DNA of 64,000 bases from Balanoglossus misakiensis (GCA_040954595.2 CM082585.2:2944902-3008901); one strand, 5' to 3'; shown: positions 1 through 14,317, counted from the first letter of the stretch. Notes: a model not told the origin generated them from the letters alone. Translations and numbers: made by a program.

Positions 1-299
1 AAAGTTTTAAACGTGTACACTTTGACTAGAAAATGCCTCAGACACCTTCATATGCTGTCCGGCAGCCGGGGTGGGATATCCGACCGCGGTGCAGCTCAAA
101 GTGGCGTGGAGCTGGTCATGTTGGGAGCGGTGCTGTCGGATCGACGTCTTCGCCTACACTTTTCATACCCGCCGGCGTGCGGCAATCGGCAAGAACCCAT
201 CGGACGGAACCCAGTCCGTTTAAGCGCAAATGTCCCGGTCAGAAGGTAACTACGAGCTTCGTAGAGCAGCATCGACACGCTAAACAACTCTCGTCGTTT

Positions 300-600
300 G
301 CAACACGCCATTTTTTTCCAAGTCCACGTTTTGTCGGACAAACGATTTCTGACGGTTCGACAGACGGTGGGTATACACACGTCTGCTTGCGAAAATTCTG
401 CCAATTTTTGTTGAATTTCTTCGTATGAAATCGAAGGAGTTTGTCGTTTCAAATACTCGATATATTGCTCTTCATCATTAGGAAGTTTCCTTGGTTGTCA
501 GTGCAAAACATCCTGCTACAAGGTTCAGAGTAGACTACAGACAATCTTACAGTGGGATTACGCACGTTTGAAACGGTCACTTTGTTGCAAAATAAACAAA
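300..600 (-). mobile_element. Degenerate N-terminal HTH fragment of an IS630/Tc1-like transposase
   Basis: Minus-strand translation QPRKLPNDEEQYIEYLKRQTPSISYEEIQQKL...PTVCRTVRNRL..TWKKM resembles the GRPRK+HTH region of Tc1/IS630 transposases. No DDE core or TIR seen. Confidence 0.5.
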
Positions 601-699
601 GTGCGGTATTCAGTTTCATGAACTTAGACGTTTTTTTTCTTATCATGGGAGACGTTTATTGTAACACTCGAACACAAAGAATTTCCAAGGTATTTTGAA

Positions 700-1910
700 A
701 TCGGTAGTAATGGTGTTATACAATCAGCTTGAAGTGCCCGTTGTGTGCTTCTTTGTATTGGTGCACCGATGTATTTCGCAGTGGATGCCTTTATAATGTT
801 TGTCTCCGCCCCTGTATCTAGTGTCAGTCGTAACGGGTGATGGCGGTAAAAGGCTTTGACATATGGGGATTGTTTAATGTTGACACGGTATGTGCGAACG
901 GGGTCGATGTCGATGGCGGCCTCGTTGTCGAAATAATTTTGTAGTGGACTGCCGTCGTCCTCCTCATCATGACATGTAGTGTGTCGACTTTTGGTGAGGT
1001 ATAACCTGTCCTCCTGAGGTAAGAATTTGCACTTACTCAGGAAATGTTGATATTTTGGACGTCCTGCTTGCTTGCATAGGGGGCATGACTTGTTGCTTTG
1101 GCATCTACTGGCTGGTGTATCATCACTATATGTGGCTGCAGGCTGCGTATTTGTACGTGTGCGAACAAATGACTTGGCGACAGACCGGAGGACCTTGGCC
1201 TCGGATGCTGAGTGGATCAGCAGAGAGGGTAACGCCTGGGATATTTCTGGTTTAAGGGTGGCTAGTGTTTTTGACCTCAACTCCGTCCCATAGCGTTGCT
1301 TTACCAGGTTAGGGAGATCTGGGTGGACGAGTCGTAGCCAGGTGAGGACCACCATATTTTCTAATGTGGGTGACATATCTTCATCAACGCCTGGCTGTGT
1401 ACCGAGGTGGCTGATGTTGCCATCCACTGGTAGTAAATTATCTTCTACAAATGATTTCAGCCGTTGGTACAGGTCTTCAGGTCGCTCATCAGTTTATAGT
1501 TTAATATTGTTAAAGTCTAAGAAGTGAGCACCTGATGACTGAAACCCGTAGTGGAGACGAATAGCCTGCCAAATTGATGTTATAGAAGTCGAATTCTTAA
1601 TGATCGTGTTGCGAGATATAACGGGGCAGAAGTTCGCGATCTGACCCAGCATTAGTTCGAGGTGTGTGACTTTCTGTCCTGAAGTGCACCGCCTACGTTC
1701 GTCAATATCTACACCGTCATCGGTAAACCCACGTAGTGGTGAAGTATTCGATTTATTACCCCACGTACCACCTTCGACGAGGAAATCGGCGAAGTTCGGG
1801 TCCAGGGAAAGTACATATTGTAAGTTCTGACGCCACGCTTCGAAGGAAGTGATGGTCTCCCGTTTGGTGAGGCTCCATTGTTTTGGAGCTCGTACGGTGA
1901 AGGTCGCCAT
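700..1910 (-). mobile_element. Gypsy/Ty3-like LTR retrotransposon remnant (gag + aspartic protease), frameshifted and 3' truncated
   Basis: ATG at 1910, then [24 protein letters not shown]. Frameshift near 1494. Zn-knuckle CPLCKQAGRPKYQHFLSKC and protease motif LDTGA. No RT, integrase or LTR seen. Confidence 0.8.
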
Positions 1911-2119
1911 ATTGCTTTGACTAAAACGGAACACTGATAGTCCGTGGGCTGGAGGGGTCCACCGTGCACCCCCGCCCCCATAAACCTACCACTTGGGTAT
2001 TTTTTGTTCTTTAGAACGTGCTGAACAAGAAAAAAGATGTTAACATTGAATATTTTGGGTTGCACTACCCCTCCGGAGTGGTTTTTGAATGGTATGTGCC
2101 GCTCAAAATGGCGAAAAAT

Positions 2120-3470
2120 TGGTTGGGGTAGGGGGTACTATATTCTCTCCTAAAAAAAAAACTAGCATGAAATTACATAAACCTTATATTTTTAGAAAGC
2201 TTAGATACTACTCTTTACGGGAAGCACAAACTTTATTAACAAATATTTATCAAAATTTAATTATATGATTGTTAAATTAATTTTTACGGCAATTTTAAAA
2301 GTTTTCACCCAAAAGACAATGTTACAATGTGATTTTCTTTTTGTAAAGCAAATTTTGACAACTTTTTAGGTTTGGATTATTTTATTCTATATATTAAACA
2401 AGAAGACAAATGTTAACATTAGTTATTTAACATTATATTATACCAGTATATTGATGGTGTAAATCACGCTATTTGATTGGTCGAGACACGACACGTGACC
2501 GTGATATATTAGCCATATACCACAGTCATAATGCACGCAAAACTCGTAGTCAAAGAAAATGCCTTTTTAAAATGTTTTATGCAAAGTTTCAATATACTGG
2601 CATAATATAATAGCAATAAAACACCCCCAGCCATGGTATACCACTCGATTTTGACCAGTTCAACTCCATATACGCACTCGCTATCGCTCGTGCGTATATG
2701 TCGTGAACTGGTCAAAATCTCGTGGTATACCATGGCTGGGGGTGCTTTATTGCTTAAATACAATACTTCTTAAGAGACAACTTTGAAATGCATGTATCCT
2801 ATGGGATTACGCATGGTCTTGGGGTAGGGGGTACTATATCCTCTCCTAAAAAATAAAACTAGCATGAAATTACATAAACCTTATATTTTTAGAAAGCTTA
2901 GACACTGCTCTTTACGGGAAGCACAAACTTAAGTATAAAAAATTATGAATATTTAATTATAAGATTTTTAAATTAATTTTTTCGGCAATTTTGAAAATAT
3001 TCACCCCAAAGACAACGCAAATAATTGTGATTTTCTTTTTGTGAAGCAAATTTTTGACATCTTTTGGGGGTTTGGATTATTGACTTCTATTTATTAAACA
3101 AGAAAACAAATGTTAACATTAGTTATATAACAATACAATACTTCTTTAGAGACAACTTTGAAATGCATGTATCCTATGGGATTACGCATGGTCTTGGGGT
3201 AGGGGGTACTATATCCTCTCCTACAACAATAAAACTAGCTTCAAAGTACATAAACCTTATATTTTTAGAAAACTTAGACACTGCTCTTTACGGGAAGTGC
3301 AAACTGGAGTAATATTAATTTTTGATTATTTAATTATATGATTTTTAAATTATTTTTTTCGCAATTTTGAAAATATTCACCCCAAAGACAACGCAACAAT
3401 TGTGATTTTTCTTTTTGTGAAGCAAATTTTTGACAACTTTTTAGGTTTGGATTATTTATTTTTATAGTCA
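2120..3470. repeat. Three diverged tandem copies of a ~370-bp unit
   Basis: ggggtagggggtactatat..ctctccta...acataaaccttatatttttagaaa recurs at about 2125, 2821 and 3197. Copy 1 is interrupted by a hairpin-bearing insertion. Confidence 0.85.
2425..2760. mobile_element. Non-autonomous hairpin element, Crypton-like
   Basis: Near-perfect palindrome of about 145 bp at 2611-2756 (gcaataaaacacccccagccatggtatacca...gcactcgctatcgctcgtgc...tggtataccatggctgggggtgctttattgc) plus a tgattgg motif. It interrupts a repeat unit. The family call is an inference. Confidence 0.55.
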
Positions 3471-3851
3471 TAAACTGGACAAAACATCTCTACATCTCAA
3501 AAGAAAACAAAATGTTCAAGTACAGAAATTTTTGAAAATATTCCAGTACCTGTAGTGTGTGTGATTCTCCATTGCCTTTGCTTGGTAAGTATCAATTTCT
3601 TGTATATTATTGAGGTAAGATAAAAATCTGCGAAGGTTTGGCAATACTGGCTTAAATTTACATTTAAAGATCAAATTCTTTGACAGTAATATAAAGTAAT
3701 TCAGGGCTAACCACTCATCTTTTGTGTGGTTACTTTGAAAATTCTATTTTATACCCACCAAAACATCAAAAGGGGAAAGCTCAATGGCAATATTACACTT
3801 TGTCTGTAATTGCAACTCTACATCCTTCCAAAAAGAGAAAATATAGTCGCA

Positions 3852-6611
3852 GACTTTTCTGACCATCTACCCATTGTGTTACATATTGACCTTGACATAT
3901 ACACTAACTTTGAACAACCCATAATAATTGAAGAGAATTGAACAAAGAAATTAGTGAAGTTTAAGTGGAATCAAGAGTTGAAGGATAATTTCATTGAAAG
4001 GGTGAACATGTCTGAACATTGGGATCATGTAACAACTGCCCTGAACAGAGGTGATGCTAATGAATGTGTTAAATATATAGGTGCAATTTTTGAAGCCGCT
4101 GGGTCAGAAATGAAAGTGTGTACAAAATTAAATTACAACTCCCACTTGCAATGTAATATTCATGCTCCCTGGTTTGATGCTGAATGTATTTCTCTGAAAT
4201 CTGTTAAAAATAAGAGCCTACGTAAATTTCGTATTATGAATAGAGAGGTCGATTTGTCGGAGTATAATGAAACTAAGAGGAAATTTAAGGTGCTTTGCAG
4301 AAAAAAGAAACGAGATTACCAGGAAGAATTAAAATTCTCACTTGTGAAAGACATCAGCGATACTGGTTCAATATGGGAAAAGTTTCGTTTGCTGAATAGG
4401 AAGTTTTCAAAGTCAGAAATCCCAGCCAGTCATTGGATTGAGCATTTCAAAAAGTTGTTTCAGGCCCTCCCTGTAGACATGGATATTCAGAACATAACAA
4501 TGGGCGACACTGGTTACGCATCTGATGAATTGATTTTGAATAAGCCTATTACAGTGGATGAGATATCTAAAGCCATCCAGAAGCTTAAAACTGGAAAAGC
4601 ACCGGGTTTCGATGGCCTGCCAGCTGAATTTTTTAAAGTATCTGAGAATATTCTCCTTCCATATCTTGTGCGCCTTTTCAACTTAATTTTTGACTCTGGA
4701 AACTTTCCTGATGGTTGGTCCATGGGAGTCATTGTACCTCTCCACAAATCAGGCGATAAAGGCAATGTAAACAATTATAGAGGTATCACTCTTTTGAGTA
4801 ATTTCAGTAAAATTTTCACTACTATTCTTAACGAGAGGTTGACTACATGGGCCGATACGGAAGGCAAGTTATCAGAGTGTCAGGCAGGGTTTAGAAAAGG
4901 GTATTCCACTTTACATAATATTTTCTCTCTTTATGCAATTGTACAAAAATATCTGGGAAGACGAGGGGGACGATTTTATTGCGTTTTTGTTGACTTTGCC
5001 AAAGCATTTGACACTGTTAATCATACACTTTTATTTATGTCACTTTTACAGAATGGTGTGCAAGGTAAAATGTTCATAATCCTTAAAAGCATATATAAAG
5101 ACGTCAAATCTTGCGTCAGAGTGAAACAACATATAACAGAATGTTTTGACTGTCCATCGGGTGTGCGTCAAGGTTGCATCCTCAGCCCGTTTTTATTTGC
5201 TATATTTATTAATGAACTACAAAATATGGTTGAAAATGCAGGTCACATGGGTATACAAATAACACAGGAATTGAAAGATATTTTCCTCCTACTGTATGCT
5301 GATGACATCACGATGTTTGCAGACACTGTAGTTGGTTTGTAGAGGTTGCTAAACACGCTTAATTTATTTACTGAAAAATGTAAAATGAAAGTAAATTTGT
5401 CCAAAACAAAAATTATTGTATTTAGAAACGGTGGTATAATTAAGAAAACAGAAAAATGGCTATATGGAGGAGAACAAGTGAACGTTGTATCTTATTATAA
5501 ATATCTGGGTATTGTGTTTTCTAGTCGAAATGTATGGTTTAAGGCTGTACAAACTTTATCTGAACAGGCCAAGAAAGCTATATTTTCTGTCAACCGCTTT
5601 ACACGAAAATTTGGAGAACTCCCTTGTCAGCTTTACTTTAAAGTGTTTGATATAATGATCTTGCCAATTTTGACATATGGCTCAGAGATATGGGGTTTTC
5701 AACCCTACGCATGCGCAGAAACTGTACATTATAAGTATTGTAAACGCTTTTTAGGCGTAAAAAGTAACACTCCAAATGCCGCTGTAATAGGGGAATTGGG
5801 CAGACCACCTATTTTCGTTCATACATACATTCGATGCATAAAATGGTGGCTGAAATTATTATCTATGCCAAATACACAAATAGCAAAACATTCATATACA
5901 CTTCTTGTAAGAGAAGATTTATTGGGGAAAACAAATTGGGCATCTCATATTCGTAATATACTTTATAGATATGGTTATGGATATGCTTGGATTAATCAGG
6001 GAGTTGGTAATGAAAAATTGTTTATTACACTGTTTTCAGATACAGTAAAAGACTGGTGGGGGGAAATTTCTAGCACAAGCCGTTTACAAATGTTTTGTCA
6101 ATTAAAGAATAGCCCATGCCTTGAAAATTATTTATTTAATGTTAAAATTAACAAACATAGAAAGGCCCTTTCACAGATACGATGTTCCGGCCACCAGCTT
6201 TCTATTGAAACTGGCCGCAGCAAAGGTCTGGATAGGTCTGAAAGGTTATGTGAAATTTGTAATACATGTATCGTTGAAGACGAATATCATTTTCTTTTTG
6301 AATGTACACTTTATCAAAATCTTAGGGAGAAATATTTACCAAAGTGTTTTACAAGATATCATTATCAAGCAAATATGGTCAAACTTTTCACCTCAGGTGA
6401 TAATAATATTATAAATAACCTGGCAAAATATGTATATCAAGCATTCGAATTGCGGAAAGAAGCACTAAATTTGTAATAGCATGCAATACTCTGTCTAAAT
6501 GTTTTGTATAATTTTGTGGTGCAATCAAATCAAATTCTTTACCTCTGTATCATTTTGATGTACTAAATGCAATGGGCCGGTGGCCTTTATGCAAATAAAT
6601 ATTATTATTAT
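3852..6611 (+). mobile_element. 5'-truncated non-LTR retrotransposon, RTE-X-like
   Basis: End of APE domain (SDHLPI), RT with QGCILSP and YADD, C-terminal IETGR..ERLCEIC..EDEYHFLFEC..Y, (ATT)n tail, and 14-bp TSD aaaatatagtcgca at 3838-3851 and 6612-6625. Confidence 0.92.
3954..6476 (+). pseudogene. LINE ORF2 reverse transcriptase, interrupted by an in-frame TAG at 5340-5342
   Basis: ORFs 3954-5342 and 5346-6476 are in the same frame and separated by a single stop. Confidence 0.9.
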
Positions 6612-6899
6612 AAAATATAGTCGCATTCGAAAAATAAATGTATAAGGCTTTCCTCATAATTTTCACAGAAGGTGCATTTCACAGAATCGCATTTTCCCCT
6701 TTATCTTCAAAAAAAATATTTTTAGTACAGATTCTACTAGCAATTCTGAATTGAAAATTACGCTAAGTGGAATCCTTTGTTACAATAAATGTTAAGGCAT
6801 AGTGTAATTGCGAATCAAATCCCGAAGAGGTTTTTCCATTTTTACGTACATCTCATCGGTTTAAGATTATTCTTCAAAAATAACTTAAGTAAAATAGAG

Positions 6900-8285
6900 T
6901 AGGTTGTTTGCAGGATCTGTTTGTGTAATACATGTTTGGGTGGTCATTATTTACAGAGCCTTGTTGCTGAATCTTTCTGAACCGTGATCTTGGAATAGCG
7001 TTGATTAAACCCATATAAAGGAGACGGCTGGTGAAAAATTATGTCTGTTACTAAAATCTTGGAAAGATAAAATGGAACCGGAAAAATCTAATAAATCCGA
7101 AATATACATTACAACATTATCATACCAGTTTTTATAAAATATGGTAGCGTTGTTAACTTTCAGCTCTGGATTGAACCATATACACCTTTTTTATGTTATT
7201 AATAGGGTCGGGGGGGGGGGGGGTAAAGTTTTTGACCAACATAGTAGTACTGAGTACCAGAAGCTATGACGTGAAAATCTGTTTCTGGGAAACTCAACGA
7301 CCTGAGCGGGGGTGAAGTGGGTAAGATAAGCAGGGGATATACCCACAGTTTAAACATTTATATCCACTAAGAATATTGATTGGACATTAATCTGTTAATC
7401 CACGAAGCACGCACTGCTTGAAAGAAAGATGGGTCATTCGCAAACCCCACTCATCACAATTACAATTTTAATCTATTGACTTTATCCGATAAAACTCTAA
7501 TAAGTGTACAGATTTGACTTTCTGACATGGGAGGTAAGGGTGAGAAAATATGAATAAACTTTGACAAAGCAAGTGTTTTAGCTATTGTAATCTTCCCACA
7601 TAAGGTCACAGGTCGCCATGACCATTTAGTAAGCAGTGTGGACACTTCCCTTACTTTTGGTGTAAAATTTAACATTATCGAGCCCAACAAGATCAACGTT
7701 CAAGTTAATACCAAGAACTGTTAACGGTTCATCAACCCATAATAAGTTCTTGTTTGGCAACAAAATATCATGTGAATGGCATTTAGCGCCAAACCAAACC
7801 AATTTAGTTTTTTGGTAGTTAATTCGCAAACCCGACAGAAAAGTAAAGAAACCCAAGGTAGCAAACAGATTTTTTCAGAGAACTTTCAGAACCATCTAAA
7901 AATAAAAAAGTATCATCTGCGTATTGCCCCAGTAAATTTGTTTTATCTCTAAGTGTAATTCTATATTACTATGAGCTCTGATTTCATGCGCAAGTTTTTC
8001 AACACAGGTGATAAACAGGTACGGTGATAGAGGATCACCTTGTCTAACACCTCTCTCGAGGGGAAAAAATCAGAAAAGTTTCCGTTATTTATAACACAAC
8101 TAGTGGTGTTTTTATAAAACACTTTGACCCATTTTCTGAAAGAGGGATCAAAATTAAACTTTCTCAATGCTTTATCGATAAATTCCCAAGAAAGCGTGTC
8201 AAACGCCTTTTCAAAGTCTAGAAGTACAAGCAAACCCGGGACCTTGTCTATCTTTGAAGTTAACAATACATCATAAATCAAACGT
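6900..8285 (-). mobile_element. Degenerate L1/Tx1-clade LINE RT fragment
   Basis: LLDFEKAFDTLSW, LGQYADDT at about 7910-7935, GLRINYQKT, WSWRPVTLCGKITIAKTLALSKF and WFNPEL motifs, with several frameshifts. Confidence 0.85.
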
Positions 8286-8299
8286 GACTAGCTGTCATG

Positions 8300-8502
8300 G
8301 TGAAAATTAAGGCCAGCCATGAAAGCGTCCTTTCAAAGACTAATTTCACTAAGTCTTGTTAGACGAAAATACAACAAATTAGACCACAAAACGATTGCAA
8401 TGATCTCCATTATGTGTTGAAATTCTAGTTTTTCATACCCTTCTACGTCGGTGTCAGGAAAATTTTTGAAAGGACGCTTTCATGGCTGGCCTTAATTTTC
8501 AC
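8300..8502. mobile_element. Short MITE-like inverted-repeat element (TTAA-flanked, Kolobok-like)
   Basis: 38-bp perfect inverted repeat at 8300-8337 and 8465-8502 containing ttaaggccagccatgaaagcgtcc / ggacgctttcatggctggccttaa. Confidence 0.7.
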
Positions 8503-10279
8503 AGCTTGGCTTGCATTATAATGAAGCCGTTCACGCTTTTTTTCTTCCATCTCTATATTCACCTACTGGTTTACATAACAAAACAAAAAAAAAAACAGAT
8601 TTGAAAGAGAAACTTCTTGCTAATCAAAAGTTAATGCAAAAAATTCTATTCATTTTTGTGCATATTTCAGAGCGGTTTTGACAGTTTTTTTGAAAAGGGG
8701 GCGTGGCATGTTCATCTGTAATCCGAGCCAAGTAATCAGCATCAGCTTCTGGTCATACTTTATGGAACGTTTGTTATTTTTAGTTTGTTTACAGTTATTG
8801 TAATTGTGTCACGAAAATTCTACTTGAACGTATTCAGAAACGAATTTGTCAAACACATAGCAACAGCACTTAATACCAATGAATAATGGCAACACCCGCT
8901 ATTGTTGGATCCTCAAAAATCTTCTGAAACGGCTCGACGATAATAATAATACTTTTCAGAACAGAAGACGGCTATTAGAACTGAAACCTGACCCTGCAAT
9001 GAGAGTTTGTCGGAAAAAAAACGTTTGGAGGAATAGAGTGTCTCGGTAGATGTCTACATTACAATGCTATGGGTCTTCAGATACTTCCCCCCGGTCGTCC
9101 CACAATGCAACGCGTTTTTCAAGATGGCGGTTAATACAGCTTTGCCCTATACCCGTACACGTGAAAACGCGCTTTGACAAATCTAGCACACCGGAAGTGA
9201 GCAAACCATTCGCAAAAACCGTCCCCCATTGTCCACCATTAGATAATATGCTGTTTGAAGACATTGTTTCGTTCAACACTGTATAGGGAACATGAAACAA
9301 CAGGTCAATTGACTTAAACTAGGTATAGAAGGTTCAGATCGATGGTTTTTAAACTGGTACGTTCTATTGCTTGTTATGTCGATTCGAATCATGGCGGGCA
9401 AATGGTCACACGGACATCGATTTTCATGAAATTCGACTCTAATTTTTTACTTACCGTGTTCACACGACGCCATGCTGGAAGGGAGGGTGTGACGTACAAG
9501 TTCAAACCGAAAATACTCGAAAGTCGATGTACATAACGTCAATAACAGGCCGATAACATCCAAGAGCGAACTTCGACAAATACTTCCACATTTCCATGCC
9601 AGGGACGTCACGATATGCAAATACAGGGTCTGAGCATGCGCAGACATATTGTAGGCAGTCGCTAAATTTGGAGGTTTGTCCTACTGATTATACCATCATT
9701 GGAGAACGGGACAAACTCGTTAGTGACACAACAAACGATGTAAAACAAAACCAGGTACGTAGTATAGTTTAGGATCACATGTAAGAACAAAACTGGTTTA
9801 TACTCGAGGCGAGTTACTTATGTCCCGTGATCCTTGAAATAATAATAGCTGAAAGGCAGAAATATATTTAACACTGCTTCTTTGCGAAACCACCTGTTAG
9901 TTTATCAACTAAGCCCGAAAAAACTGTACTTAAAAAGTTCGTGCACCATACCCAAAGCTCAACTGTACTGGGAAGTTCGTCTGGCTGTTCTGATACATCT
10001 CTCTGTCTGCCTGCCTGCTTGCTTGTGCGCATGACTCTCTGGTCTAACATAATACAGAACACCACAACAAGCATAATCATGCGCAAACTTGTTTAAAATT
10101 AACACTTAACATGCAAAGTTTCTCAACAGGATATTTTTGCATGGAATATCCGTTTGATGCACGCCCGGAAGAATATGGTTAAGACGACAGCAACGCTTCT
10201 TAGAAGAGGCCTTCAACCACTGATCAAGTGCAAATGATTAACGTGGACTGGATTCATCCAAAGTAGATTATAATAATAG

Positions 10280-10960
10280 TATTAATAGTTTATTCTCAAA
10301 TAAGATCATAATCATAGCAACTCAAATACAAGTCAGCATTAACAATAGAAAGTTGAAGAGAGAAAAAGACTGAACAGTATTTGCGTTAGCAACTAATCGA
10401 GGTCAGACTTTTAACCAGATATACATTACTGAGTAAATCAGTAGGTGGCAACTGCTTCTAATACATGCACCATACCATAAAAGACTAACTTGTATAGCTA
10501 TATGACAAGTAGTGAAAAATTCTCAGTGTAGTGAAAACGGGTCGCGGAAATATGCACCAAAGAACAAATAATGTTTTCACTTCTTAAATCTGTAACGAGA
10601 GTGAAATTTTTTATCCTTTCTGGAATGCTATTCCATACTGTGGGACCAACAAATTTCAAATTGATTGAAGTCTGACCTAACCGACTGTTATATTTGGGGG
10701 TATGAAGAATATTTTGGTCTCTTGAACGAGTACCATGGGGATGGTGTAATTGGGAGAAATAAGAGTCAAAATGCGAAGGAAGTCTATTATGAAGTGTGTC
10801 ATAGACGAAAATAGCAACTTGTAACTTAAATTGACTGTATATATCGAGAATCTCTAGCTTTTTAAATAATGGGGCACTAGGAGCATCGTAATTACTGGCT
10901 GTAAGAATGCGTAAAATCCGTTTTTGAATTATAAAAATGTCATGAAGATATGTTTTGAAA
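10280..10960 (-). mobile_element. 3' fragment of an L2/Crack-like LINE
   Basis: Minus-strand peptides IIQKRILRILTASNYDAPSAPLFKKLEILDI and LKFVGPTVWNSIPERIK, followed by an AATAAA-rich tail. Confidence 0.7.
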
Positions 10961-12386
10961 GTATCGACTATTAGTATTACACAGGGAGTCGTTTTGCGTT
11001 TTAGACGGTTATGAAAACATTCGATGTCTTGCAGCGTAAAATCTAGACGTTATTTCACTATGTACACCGATTTGTTATTGTATGCACCAAATTGCTCTCT
11101 AAAGATCGAAATCACGCAAGTTATCATGTGCTGATGGAATAAGAAGGGTTTCTGATAATATGATCGTGTTTATGAAATCCGGATATCGTGCCTTGTGGTG
11201 TAATTTATGCAAACATAATTTATTTTGTAAATACAGGTGCATTAATCCATGTCATTGCAATTGTGACTGAACATTATATAATAATTGCTGCTGTGGCTTT
11301 TGTGGCTCTGTCAATGTTAATAAATAATTTATACTAATGACAATTCATAAATTTTAACTAGTGTTTTCGTTGGCTGAATGAATCGTGCGCAGTGTGTTTC
11401 AGTTGTCTACACTGTCTTGCATTTTGCCACCACGTCGATATCGAATTGAAGGTCCAAACTCCCCTTCATTAGAAAATCACTGCCTTGGAGACCAACGCCA
11501 CCAAGTATCCGAGTGTGGAGCGTTTCGTGGTTACACGGCCGACGCATTCCAACTGGTTAAAGGTTCAAATAAGGTCACGCCAGAGCTAGAGACAGAAACA
11601 GAGAAATTCAAAGACTGATAACAATACCGGTACGAACGATGATTACATTTAAAATACAGTTTGTCCAAGAAACATCTGGCGTGCGGTACCAATGCTGGGA
11701 TTGGTGGATTGGTAAATTGTTGAACGAGTAAAATGGAAGCGTGTTATCTAGCAAATGAATTTTACTCAAGACAACTTCATATTTTTTTTCTATTAGCATT
11801 GAGAAAAAGAATTGGGAGTCACCGAAGAAAACCACACTGGAAATGGGAGAGCATATTTCTCAAATTTCAAATCCCAAATGGCCGCAATTCTTTAGGTTAA
11901 GTCTGTGGAGAAAATGTAGTTATTTTTTTAATCAAGACAGTGAAAACCCTATTTTCTTTTTTGCTTTCAGGTTTTAATAAATGAAGGTTGATCCCCGAGG
12001 AGCATACACTATTAAGTGAAACACATTGAACACTGTAATTATTGGAATCTTCCTGCAAATGCAGAAAGGCTAGGCGATGTAGCATTAATCGCTTTATGTT
12101 GTTAAAATAAAATGAAATGTATGTGCAAATTCCAGAACACAAAGCGTTAACACATAAATAATGCATGTAGTACCAGCTTAACCTACCCAAGAGGACATCT
12201 TCTCATGCACTTAATTAAAAAGTTTCAGTGAATATTTTCTTATACCAAATCAAGCCGATCAGACATTATTTATTCATAGCTAAACTATTAATTCACTAAA
12301 CATGAGCATTTCGCTAATTACAATACTGGTGCTCACCAGTTGCTATCAGTCGTTCCAGGGCACGATTTGAAGAGGTTGCTAACAAA

Positions 12387-12477
12387 ATGAAGTCCTCTGT
12401 AAAACCTTTGATATACGTGCTGCCGTTGATGCTCATCATATTGGTTAGCCTTCACATTGCAGAATTTCAAAATCAGT
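12387..12477 (+). CDS. Signal-peptide exon
   Basis: MKSSVKPLIYVLPLMLIILVSLHIAEFQNQ followed by a phase-1 GTAAGT donor. Confidence 0.65.
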
Positions 12478-14317
12478 GTAAGTTTTACCTTTTTTCTAAA
12501 TGTCCATTTCTAATAATGTTGTTAACGTATTGGGCAAATAGTTAAAATGTTCAGGTCCGTTTATCAAAAAGAAACACATTTCAAGACAATTTTGTGAACT
12601 TAGCGAATTATGACAAGCATGCGATTGTAAGAGTATATGTTCATTTCATAATTATGACAGAAGTAATCCATTGAATCCTGTCAGCTGTTAAGGTATAGCA
12701 AGAACTGTTATTTATACTATGATAATTGTTTAGTGCTAATTTCACAATCTCTGACTACAGTTAAATTCCCATCACAGTATAAGGTTGCGATTGCAGGATA
12801 GTTCGATACGTTAGTCCTTCGAGCATATTGATCTTAACCAGGATTTTGCGGTCATGACGGCACAATCAATTACTCTCGCATTCCTTGGCTCTTATACACT
12901 GGTTCACTATGTCTCAGCTTGCGTGAAAACTGAATTGCCACCTGTATATAAACGATAAAGAAGACATATGAATTAGTTTTCGTGAAGGAGTACCGAAGTG
13001 TATTTTCTGTAAGCATTGCGAAAGTACCACAACTGTTTTCAAATCCGTGTTCTGCAGGCGGGAAGCCTTTTGCGCGACTGGCAAACTTCAAATTGACATG
13101 AAATTAATTCATTAACTTGAACAAAAAATTGAAAGAAAATGTTCCCCTCATCAGTGAAATCAAAGACCGTTATAGGGTGTTTGTTGTCCAGTCTGGAGGT
13201 AGCAAGTCAAACTCACTTTGTAACTGCTCCAATGTACATCTTTGCAAATAATGTGGTTACTACTTGTAGGACACTGTACAAGGAAACATGCGAAATTTTT
13301 CTCAAATTTCCAATTTAGTTTGATATAACATGTATCAGTTGGCAGGGTCTTCATGCACAGTGAGATCAATGTTGATAGTATATTTAAAACGCCGGACAAA
13401 AGCGCACGTCCAGTTCAGACGACTCCCCTTTAAGAGTGCATTGTAATAATGAGTTAGTTATAAACTTGGATTGCTTGTAGAAAAGTGAAATGAATGTAAT
13501 TAATAAGAAAAGCAGGAGCGCTCAAGCAAAACAGAGATCTGAATTAAGACCAACCATTCAATAATGTGTAAATACCACAACACCTCTACATTATTAAGGC
13601 TGTAAACATAAAGTTAATTTAAGTTTTATCAACCAAATAGACAGGTTTGCCTTTTACTTGTAATGAAATTGATTGAATTCAACTGGGACATCCTCAAGGT
13701 AAGCAAGAATAATTAAAAGATGTCCATTGAACACTTTTTCCATAGTGGGGTAATTTTGATAGTTGTAATACATGCATGCATCAGTTGGTACAAGTCATTG
13801 GAGGGTTCTAGTTGAGGAAGGGTTTTTTGAACTCTCAAAAAGTTCTCATAGGACCGCTATCTATGATATTCATGCTAACATTACACATTATAGAAATGGA
13901 TTGGAATACCTTCGCTCGGTGATTATTTCCCGCCGAATATGCTAATTTTCACCTGAGAGGTCTTATACCGCAACCAACTACCCTCGCTAGCCGTTTAGTG
14001 CCTTATGAATATCAATATAATAATAATTATTATTATTATTATTATTATGACAGAATATCAATATAATATCCTCTTGTTACATAAAACACACTCAGTTTCA
14101 ATTCAACTGAGGAGACAAATGCAATTTGGTAAGTACCATCAAGCGGCTGAATGATGGCGTATAATTGTCTTGTCCGATATTGGTATACAATCGAGCATTT
14201 ACCCGATGGCCGCAACATTTAGTTTACATAATCTTAAGTGTGGAAGATTTTAGCTAGAAAATCGGCATCAAGTACCAAAACAATGTTCCACCTACATCTG
14301 TATTATCTTTGTTTCAG

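Noticed and set aside
14096-14128. Possible 33-nt micro-exon (ctcag...G|GTAAGT)
   Set aside because: Phase-compatible, but the polypyrimidine tract is weak and there is no domain support.
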